Source: Octopus vulgaris
Taxonomy: Eukaryota
Length of the DNA stretch: 64,000 bases
Direction of reading: 5' to 3'
Assembly (NCBI GenBank): GCA_951406725.2
Contig: OX597816.1
Location: 15,066,001 to 15,130,000, forward strand
Below, piece after piece: positions 54,015 through 64,000 of this stretch. Position 1 is the stretch's first letter. Each line of letters starts with the position of its first letter. A program made the translations under genes and the position numbers. A model generated the notes under the pieces. It ran no database searches and was not told the DNA's origin. It worked only from the letters and a program-made list of their open reading frames with translations.

Positions 54015-54880
54015 TTCTATTGAAGTTTAATTTGATCCACTTTGGAAAAAAGGATACTCTGAAACTACCATATGCTCTTCTCTCGGGTGACTCCCTAGTA
54101 TCATCCAACAACACCAGAGACCTTGGAGTAATTGTTAATGACAATCTAAGCTGGAGTTTCCACGTAAACAGCAAGGTTGAGTTGGCCTGCAAGATGTGCT
54201 CCTGGATTCTGAGAACTTTCTGGTCTAGAGATGCCCACACCATCATCCTTCTCTACTCTACTTTTGCCTGACCCCACCTTGAATACTGTTGCCCACTGTG
54301 GTCTTCCCGCTCGAAGCAACTCATTATGAAAGTGGAAGCACTCCAGAGGTCAATAACAAGAAAGATAGATGGCATGACGGGCATTGACTTTTGGGGGTTG
54401 ACTAAAAAAACTCAATCTCTACTCTCTCCAATGCCGCCGGGAGTGCTACATCATTTGTGTGATGTGGAAAATATTCCATCAATATTGCACAAATGATGTT
54501 GGCATCAATTTTAAAGTCCACCCAAGACTTGGCCCCATGCTATCCGCCCATTACAAAAGTGGAACTCGGGACACATAACATTATGCCATAACTACTTTAT
54601 CTCAACCGGTCCAGCTCTCTTTAATACCATACCAAAATTCATCAAATTGGAAACGGATCCCATAAAATTCAAAAGTTCACTGGATAAATTTCTTCAAAAA
54701 ATCCCAGACCAATCTGCTACACCTGGATATGTCTCTAACAATACTAATTCTTTGCTAGAGTGGGTCATGGTGCCCCATATATGACTAAAATACGTCAGCA
54801 GGTGGTGCTATTAAGTTAGACATGGCCTGGGCCTATACTGGCCAAAACCTATCTAAGTTATCAAAGTTTATTAGTTCTAT
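54015..54880 (+). pseudogene. Decayed CR1-group LINE 3' part
   Basis: TRDLGVIVNDNLSWSFHV...WILRTF.SRD...LLY....PHLEYCCPLWS...EALQRSITRKIDGM...KLNLYSLQ. Confidence 0.85.
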
Positions 54881-55774
54881 AAAATAGTCCAGCTGATTTT
54901 AAGAAAGTTTTAAAAAAAAAAATTTGTAAAATAATAAACAACATGAAAAAATAATGTAAACAATATAAGAACATGCAAATTTCAAAAACCAATATGTGCC
55001 ACTCAACCTAATGTGTAAGATTCACCTTGAAATGTGCAACCGACTGAAAGGACTTTCTATGCAGATTGTCTTAAGAAGTACAACTGAGAGTAAGTCCTTA
55101 TATTAAATAGGGCAATGGTTTAAGATATTCTGATTGACAAAACTTCTAAATAGACGAATCATTACTAAAAATATCATTGAATTATGAAAATGCTTTCATA
55201 AAGTTGAACTAGTGTTGGATTTTGTAAAGTGAGTAGGCAGTTGTTTATTTTTTTCTTGGCTGTTTGGTTTAATTTAGATATCAGATGACAGAAAAATGCC
55301 AATATCATGTTTACTATATAATCAAAATCGAAATCAATCAACATCAATGGAATTTGTAGTTGTGATACCAGTGCCGGTGACACGTAAGAGAATCATCCGA
55401 ATGTGGCTGTAGCCAGTGCCGCATCAACTGGCCTCCGTACCGGTGGCACATAACAAGCACCATCCGATCATGGCTGTTGCCAACCTTGCCTGGCCTCCAT
55501 GCCAGTGGCATGTAAAAAGCACTATCCGAGCATGGCCGTCCACCAGCCTCGTCTGGCTCCTGTGTCAGTGGCACGTAAAAAGCACCCACTACACTCACGG
55601 AGTGGTTGGCATTTAGGAAGGGCATCCAGCTGTAGAAACACTGCCAGATCTGACTAGGCCTGGTGCAGCCTTCGGGCTTCCCAGACCCCAGTTGAACCGT
55701 CCAACCCATGCTAGCATGGAAAGCGGACATTAAACGATGATGATGATGATGATGATGATGATATATATGATAGA

Positions 55775-55955
55775 TCGTTAGTCACTACACACATTTTTTC
55801 TCTCCTTGTATTTTTTTTCTGTGTCACTTTCTGTAGAAGAGCGTAGGCTCGAAACGTAAAAGACTTTTTCTATTCCTGAGCGTTATACTAATACATCTGT
55901 TTGTTTTGTACACCACCTGTCTTCATCTTTTGTTTTTTTCGTAAAATCTCCCTAT
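55775..55955 (+). mobile_element. HH1 family copy
   Basis: Motif 55827-55862 ctttCTGTAGAaGAGCgtagGCTCGAAACGTAaaag; ends in (TA)n. Confidence 0.75.
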
Positions 55956-56074
55956 ATATATATATATATGGAGAGAGAGAGAGAGAGATTGATATGTTTA
56001 TTTACATGCAGTTAAGTCTATGTCCAGTCATAGATAGATGTGTGTATATGTGTATGTATAAAAGACTAATACAT

Positions 56075-56119
<45 letters not shown>

Positions 56120-56234
56120 CTCTTGCGTGTATATATATGTATATATATTTATATTATATATATATGTGTGTACACAAACACACACATATATATCCATGTA
56201 TGTGTATAAATATATATGTATATATATATAAGAT

Positions 56235-56605
56235 TGTCTCAATGCAACATGTCAGCTACTGGGAGAGACTAAAAGAGTTAAGACTCTACTCCTAGAATGA
56301 AGGTGGGAAACACAGGCAGTGATATACATCTGACAAAATTCCAGAACTTGTACCTAACGTTGGCATTGCATGTTACTCAAACAGCAGAACATGGTACCAC
56401 TGCATAATACTAAAACTCCCTATACTGCTATCAGGATTCAAGGGCCCACATCTCTTCAATATCCTCCCACAAAGTCTGAGGGACCTTCATGGAGTCGATG
56501 TCTTCAAAACAAAACTAGATCTCTTCCTGTCAAGAGTTCCATATCAACCTACCTTGTGACAAGAAACACAGATGAGGGCAGTAAAATCAATGCCAGTTAT
56601 TTTGG
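56235..56605 (+). pseudogene. Old CR1-group LINE 3' fragment
   Basis: SYWERLKELRLYS; RIQGP.LFNILP..LRDLHGVDVFKTKLDLFLSRVP across frames. Confidence 0.65.
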
Positions 56606-58209
56606 GTGAGGGGTTAAGTCAGGTGGTATTTATTTTATCAACTCTGAAAGGATGAAAAACAAAGTCGACCTTGGTGGAATTTGAACTCAGAACATAAAGG
56701 CAGATAAAATGCTGCTGAGTGGCTGCGTGGTAAGTTGCTTGCTTACCAACCACATGGTTCCGGGTTCAGTCCCACTGCATGGCACCATGGGCAAGTGTCT
56801 TCTACTATAGCCTCAGGCCGACCAAAGCCTTGTGGGTGGATTTGGTAGAGTGAAACTGAAAGAAGCCCATCGTATATATATATATGTATATATATATGTG
56901 TGTGTGTGTGTTTGTGTGTCTGTGTTTGTCTCCCCAACATAGCTTGACAACCGATGCTGGTGTGTTTACATCCCCGTAACATACAAACACACACACAAAT
57001 ATATATATATATATATACATATATACGACAGGCTTCTTTCAGTTTCCGTCTACCAAATCCACTCACAAGGCATTGGTTGGCTCAGGGCTATAGCAGAAGA
57101 CACTTTCCCAAGATGCCACGCAGTGGGACTGAACCCGGAACCATGTGGTTGGTTAGCAAGCTACTTACCACACAGCCACTCCTGCATATATTTTTTTTTA
57201 AGAACATTAGAAGGGCGTTTGGGTGATTGTTTACAACTTGTCAGACAACTTTGGTAATTGATTCCGATTTTTTGAAGTATTCTTGAACAGGAACTCATCT
57301 AAAAGGAATATTAGAATGATTAAAGACAGAAGCCATTGTAATCACTGCTGAGGAGAAAAAAAATAAATAAAGAGAGAGCCACAGCCACCATTGCTTTGCA
57401 GTGCTTGGTTATAGTTTCTGATGGTGTGTAGGCTTATCACGAGTAAAAAATTTGTATCATTTATTTATTTTTATATCATCTAATTTATTTGACAATTCTA
57501 TTCTATACTGGGGCGTATCTGCATATTTGTAAAAAATTTCAGTAGCAGTTCTGAACTGAAGCACTTTTAGATCGTGGATAAAAAGATAAACAAAAATAAA
57601 TGGAAGCCAAACCTCTCCCGGTGCTGTTTTTGTGAAGGATGAGAAAGTTTAAGAAAAAGTCACTAAGTTTACATAAATTGGACATGTGTTTTGGCAAGTT
57701 GTTCAGAAATAGGCATCAGGCTCAAAATAAACATAAGATGATAAAAGGATTTAGAAAAAATCTACAGGAAGCTGCTCTGTATGATGATAAGTGGTTTCTT
57801 TCTTCTGTTTAGGGTGTGGTAGAGCGTGGCCTGAATCACATCAGAAGACACATTTAGTAGCGAACACAAGTCATATAAGAAGTAACTGAAAGTCTTTGAG
57901 TGTTGACATTTGACAGTTACCATGTGTGTATGTCTGTGTGTGTGTGTATATATATATATACATATATATATACATATACACTCACATATACATACATGTA
58001 TATTTATGTATGTGTGTATGTATATATATATATATATACACATATATACATACATATATATATATACACACACAAACACACATATACATACATATATATG
58101 TGAACTTTAGGTTAGTTAAAATATGTTTGTGACATATTTCAATTTCTAAAGACAAATTCACTGCAATTACCATGAAGAAAAGATTCCCTCTTATGATAAA
58201 AGGTGTAAA

Positions 58210-58275
<66 letters not shown>

Positions 58276-58419
58276 CGCACACACATGAATATGCACACAT
58301 ATATATAAATGATTTGAATAGGAAAAGGAGAAGTCAAATTGACAATACAATTGTTTCTGGATAACGGACTATATTTTTATTCCATATTTCAGATTTCATA
58401 CAATGTTATTGAAATACAT

Positions 58420-59140
58420 GCCATAACATAGAAATATGTGATAATAATCCTAGAGTCCATTCACTTCCTCAGATGTCACCATTTGAAGACATGATCAGCC
58501 AGTAGAATGTTTGGGATGGGTTCATTTGGGAGTATTACAATATGTATGTAGACCAAACACTGAAAGCTTCCATCTGATATGTCCTGTAAGTTTTGAGATA
58601 ATTAATTGATGCAAAATGGAACTTCTATCGAAATGTTAAATGTCTTTAACTGGGGCTTGGTGAAAGGGAAAAAGCTCAACCACAACTGAGAAGGGAACTT
58701 CATGGGAAAAAGGTTCTTCTCTCTATTTGGTGGGATTGCAAAGGAGTAATTCACTTTGAATTGTTATCACCTAATGCAGCAATCAATGCTGAAGTCTATT
58801 GTCAGCAATTATAGCATTTGAACCAAGTGAATCGAAAAGGAATGATGTTTCATCAGGACAATGCGTGACCCCACACTGCAAAGATCACATCCCAGAAGAT
58901 CGAAGAGCTCGGTTAGGAAAAAATTCCTAATCCACCTAATTCTTCCAAACTTGCTCCTTCAGACTACCATTTGCTTTGTAGTTTACAGAATCATTTGGGG
59001 GACATAACTTTCGCAAGTCAAGAGGAGGTTGAAAGTTCTTCGCTTTGAAACCAAAAGAGCTTTATATTGATGGGATTAAAAAGCTTGTAAATAGATGGAA
59101 GGAATTATAGATTATCAGGGAAAGTACATTGATGATTAAA
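58420..59140 (+). pseudogene. Decayed mariner (DD34D) transposase
   Basis: KVLLSIWWDCKGVIHFELL...INAEVYCQQL; FHQDNA*PHTA; PPNSSKLAPSDYHL..SLQNHL; GIKKLVNRW...GKYIDD*. Confidence 0.9.
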
Positions 59141-59334
59141 TTTCAATTAAATATAACATTTGATCACTTTGTTGTGTTTGGGGAGAGTCATTTTCTTTTT
59201 GTACCATACAATTTAACACACTCACCAGTAAAATTTCCACTTATTTCTTATTTTTATATCTATATATAGCACATCATTTGTTCCCTGCATCATCGTTTGA
59301 CAATTGATACTGGTGTGTTTATGTCAATGTAACA

Positions 59335-59640
59335 GACTGCTTGTGAAATTAACGTGCAAGTGGCTGAGCACTCTACAGATATGTGTACCCTTAATGTAGT
59401 TCTTGGGGAGATTCAGCTGGCCCTTTGAAATACAGGTACAACAGAAACAGGAAGAAAGAGTGAGAGAAAGTTGTGGTGAAATAGTACAGCAGGGTTTGCC
59501 ATCACCCCCTGCCAGAGCCTCATGGAGCTTTTAGGTGCTTTCTCTCAAAAAACACTCACAACACCCAATCTGGGAATTGAAATGGTGATCCTACAACCAT
59601 GAGTCCACTGCCCTAACCACTGGACCATTGCACCTCCACA
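59335..59640 (-). mobile_element. SINE family E (tRNA-like head)
   Basis: Reverse complement starts gtggaggtgcaatggtccagtggttagggcag...ttcaattccc. Confidence 0.6.
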
Positions 59641-59664
59641 CACACATATATGTATATATGTATA

Positions 59665-59881
59665 CTCTTTACTCTTTACTCTCTTTTACTTGTTTCAGTC
59701 ATTTGACTGCGGCCATGCTGGAGCACCGCCTTTAGTCAAGCATCTTGACCCCGGGACTTATTCTTTGTAAGCCCAGTACTTATTCTATCGGTCTCTTTTG
59801 CCAAACCGCTAAGTGACGGGGACATAAACAAACCAGCATCGGTTGTCAAGCAATGCTAGGGGGACAAACACAGACACACAA

Positions 59882-59928
<47 letters not shown>

Positions 59929-60090
59929 CGACGGGCTTCTTTCAGTTTCCGTCTACCAAATCCACTCACAAGGCTTTGGTTGGCCCGAGGCTATAGCAGA
60001 AGACACTTGCCTAAGGTGCCACGCAGTGGGACTGAACCCGGAACCATGTGGCTGGTAAGCAAGCTACTTACCACACAGCCACTCCTGCGC
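59665..60090 (-). mobile_element. SINE family A, full length
   Basis: Close match to other intact copies (e.g. 46140-46530-, 28115-28505-, 30280-30705-). Confidence 0.9.
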
Positions 60091-60240
60091 CTATGTATAT
60101 GTATATATGTATATTTTATTATTTATTTTGTCTAGTTTCAGCTCACGAGCTGTGGCCATATATATATATATAAGAATTTTTTGCGTAATAAGTTAAAAAA
60201 CCAAGGCTGTATAGATATTAAAGCATTTATAGATAGAAGG

Positions 60241-60290
60241 TCTTACAGCTGTTTCTAGGATATTGATTAATAATATCCTTTTATCAGAGA
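60241..60290 (-). ncRNA. Minimal hammerhead motif with G8A change
   Basis: Reverse complement: tct-CTGATAA-a-AGGATATT attaatc AATATCCT-a-GAAAC-AGCT-GTA-aga. Confidence 0.6.
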
Positions 60291-61082
60291 TGGTGTGAGA
60301 GGAAAGTTAAGTCATAGTTAGTTTCGATGTGATACAAAATAGAGAGTGAGGTGGAAGAAAGAAAATAGATGCAAGATATGTGTGGGTATTGAAGTTGTAA
60401 ATCCATTTTATAGGCATAATGGTATATATGCAATATTCCATGGACAGTTTGAGAAAAGCTTGCCAGCCAAAACTTTGAAATCGCCATGACCTGTCTTCTT
60501 ATAAGAGTTTTAGAAGCATGTATTATATAATCAACAATGTTTATCTACAATTGCCAAGAGTAAAAGCAGAGAATTCACCAAAATAATTTCAGTCATGTAG
60601 TTAGAATGACAAAAGCGAGATTTCTTTGTAAAAGAAATCTCGCTTTTGGGAATTTTAACCATTAGAAAAAGACAATGAAGATGTCCTCTCTGCCATTATA
60701 AAGACATTATAAAATCAGACTCCAGTATGGCGGTGTTTGAGACAAAAACGTGGGAGGTTGAAGATAGAACTGATCAAATTAGTATCAGTCTAACTCTACT
60801 AGGACTCTGTAAACCAAATCCAAAAACGAAATCTACTGGAACTGACTTCCTTGAAGTTAAAAGGAAAAAGAAAATTCAAAGAATGTAAAGAACACAAGCT
60901 ACAAGAAGAAGCACAGCATCTACCAACTCTTCGTTGCTATCTTTGTTCTTGCTTGTATTATGTGAGGATTGGCCTTTCCATCTTCAATACTATTAGCATG
61001 AAGGAACCACTAAATCAAGAGGAAATTGAAATTCTCTGACACAAGAAATAGCTGACAATGATATATATATATATATATATAT

Positions 61083-61508
61083 ATATTAGAGGGAAACCAC
61101 TATGTGGACACTCTTATGCTAGAAATAGATCCGCTATGGTCTTACTACTAAGAAATGTTCTCAAGAAAAATTTAGCAAAACAACTTACATTTATGTAAGT
61201 AAAATTATGTAATATGTTAATAGTGAAACATATATGCGAATAATCCATATTTGTATTGCTTTTTCTTTTGTCTTGCTCAATTACGTTTTGGTTGTTTTGC
61301 TAAATTTTTCTTGAGAACATTTCTTAGTGGTAAGACCATAGTGAATCTATTTCTAGCATAAGGGTGTCCACATAGTGGTTTCCCTCTAATATGTATATAA
61401 TACAATTTTACTGAACCTTCAGTTATTTTTATATGCTAGACCACTGGTGTGAAATCGATGTTAATTAAATCAATATTTAATTTCTCACCCTCATTTTAAA
61501 TTTAAATT

Positions 61509-61510
<2 letters not shown>
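61083..61510 (+). mobile_element. Short element with ~100-bp terminal inverted duplication and 3' tail, in (TA)n
   Basis: 61083-61184 is the reverse complement of 61291-61392; retains only the GAAAC half of the 53530 hammerhead. Confidence 0.75.
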
Positions 61511-61539
<29 letters not shown>

Positions 61540-61688
61540 GTGTGTGGCTATTACTCTGAAGAAATTTTAAGAATAATAATGGAATACTTACGTTTCACCT
61601 CATGGTTTATTTAATGTGGTTGATTGAATGTCAAGTCTTAGTTTATATGAATTGTGTGTTTATATATACAAATGCATACATATATGTA

Positions 61689-61744
<56 letters not shown>

Positions 61745-63814
61745 CATCCTCCTCTTCCTCCTTCTCCTCCTCCTCCTCATCATCATCATCATCAACAGCA
61801 GCAGCATCACAAAATCACTTAACGTCCATTTTCCATGCTGGCATGGGTCGGACAATTTGACAGGAGCTGATGAGGCCAGGAGCCACACCAGGTTACATTG
61901 TTTGTTTTGACACGGTTTTCTCTTAATGCTAACCATTTTACAGAGTGTGTTGGGTGCTTTCTTTTTTTAAAGCCTGGTACTTACTCTATTGGTCTCTTTT
62001 CCTAACCTCTAAATTATGGGGATATAAACAAACTAACACTTGTTGTCAGGCAGTGGTAGGGGACAAACACAGGCACACATTCACACACACACACATTATA
62101 TGATGGGCTTCTTTCAGTTTCCATCCACCAAATCCACTCATAAGGCTTTAGGTCAGCCTGAAGTTATAGTAGAAGACACTTGTCCAAGTGAAGATTGAAC
62201 TCAGAACCATGGGGTTGAGAAACAACCTTCTTAACACACAGCTATACCTGCACCTATGTATAATTATGTTGAAGGTATGCTATGTTGAATGAGGAAGTGG
62301 TCAGCCAGTTTGGGTACTGCACAGAGTGGTCAAAAGCCTTGTTATGACGAGATAAGAAGGGACAACACCCATAACAGTTTTGCAAGGCTCCCATGTCTGG
62401 TTGGGAGAAAGATTATATCATGAATAAGTTATTCTCAGATGAGATAACTAGCCAGAATGGAATTCGCTCTAGGCAACCAATATCCAGTCAATGGGTCACA
62501 TCTGGAATAAAAATGTAAAAAAACAAAGTCAAGAGGCCACAATAAAGGTGTTTACATTGCATCTGATGGATTCCGAAAAACATTAATGCAATTTAAGAGA
62601 AAAATCTGTGCAAAAGTATAACAAAAATTTTTTAAAAAACCCTGTTTTGTTGTTGAAGAAATCACATGATCACATAATGTTAGTGTTGTTAAAAGGGGGG
62701 AAAAAAAAAGGTACAAAGGTACACAGAGAGGAGAAAGAGAATATTTAAGTATCCAAAATGCATATTCCTTCAATCATTATGCCAGCAGATGGATAGGTAC
62801 CAATCAGGCACGTGCTGTGAATAAATACTCAGGGAAGGCAGAAGGCACTTATAAACTAACTTGTCAACAATAGATCTTATCATTACGAGAAAATGTGCAG
62901 CTGATTTTTTCTGGAGTTTACTTGGAGCATTAAGCAAATTATTTAAACTACAAAACCTGTTTGTACTCACACACATTCATTAAACTCAGAAAAATGATAA
63001 TAAGCATGCTGGGAAAACCAAAAAGTCAAATTTTTATAATTGTTTTGCAAAGAGAAACAACCACAAAACTGTTGTTTTTTTTGTTGAACTTCTTAATTTG
63101 TTTTTTTTTCTTAAATTCTTTTTGCACTTTAACACAGTTCGCGCTATTTACGTTCAGGTGTTGTTTTATCATTTTTAATCACAGTCAGCTATTTCTCTTC
63201 CATAAAATATTTCGGTAAAGTTCTTCTACGACTTACTTTTCTGTACATATTTGAAAAGAGTTAAAATTAGAAAGAGAATATGTTTTTAAATGTTGGTTCA
63301 GTCCCTTAAGGCTAACTCTATATCTGGCTGGCCTTAACTATTTTCCGTGTTTAAATTATCAATCAATGAAAATACTCAATAACTTAAGTGATTCCTGGCA
63401 GCTGTCTTCATTTTCCATCCTTTAAAGAAAACCAATAATGATCCTGAATTCATCTTTTATAGTCTACTTGAATCAGTCATTAGATTGCGACCATGCTGGG
63501 GCACTGCCTTGAAGAAAACTTAGTTAAACAAATTGACACAACTACTTGTTATTTTTATATATAAAACCTGTTGCTTTCTCTATCAGGCTCTTTTGCCAAG
63601 CTGTTAAGTTATGGGGACATAAACACACCAACATTGGTTGTCAAGTGGTGGTGGGGGACAACATACAGGTACAAAGACACACACAAATAGATATAAATAC
63701 GTACATACATACATACATATATATATATGCATAGATATAAATACACACACAAACACATGCACATATATACAAACACAGCACACACATACACACATATTTG
63801 TGTATGTGTGTGTG

Positions 63815-64000
63815 GGGCCGCTCCAGGCTCCAGTCTGATCTGGCAGAGTTTCTACGGCTGGATGCCCTTCCTAACGCCAACCACTCCGTGAGTGGAGTGG
63901 GTGCTTTTTACGTGCCACCTGCACAGGGGCCGGGGGGTCCGGCATCGGTCGTGATCGGTTCGAGCTTTTAACGTGCCAGCGGCACGGGGGCAACGGGATC
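63815..64000 (-). mobile_element. Family C CpG-rich subfamily, runs off the window
   Basis: Reverse complement of ~24950-25130. Confidence 0.8.

Noticed and set aside
60610-60648. Perfect 18-bp hairpin ending in T-run, terminator-like
   Set aside because: Eukaryotic context with no upstream gene; probably a local inverted microduplication

Overview
This is an AT-rich, repeat-saturated eukaryotic window with no intact protein-coding gene that I can support. It is intronic or intergenic DNA, most likely from an octopus (inferred from recalled SINE families and microsatellite load, not verified). Nearly all listed ORFs are microsatellite or retroposon read-through. Recognisable content: several tRNA-headed SINE families; an abundant (ATG)n-tailed retroposon family with a variable ~58-bp internal repeat; decayed LINE fragments (CR1-type, RTE-type, RLE/R4-Dong-type); a decayed Penelope-like element (RT + GIY-YIG); mariner, Tigger and hAT remnants and MITEs; a non-autonomous Helitron; and a Helentron-like element carrying a 64-bp higher-order satellite. 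The most interesting signal is a set of at least five unrelated short non-coding families carrying minimal type-I hammerhead ribozyme motifs with palindromic stem III, one with a recurrent non-canonical core (CUGUNGA). Most sit in (TA)n tracts, and several have terminal inverted duplications plus a 3' tail. This suggests a diverse system of non-autonomous Penelope/retrozyme-like elements. Coordinates of decayed elements are approximate.
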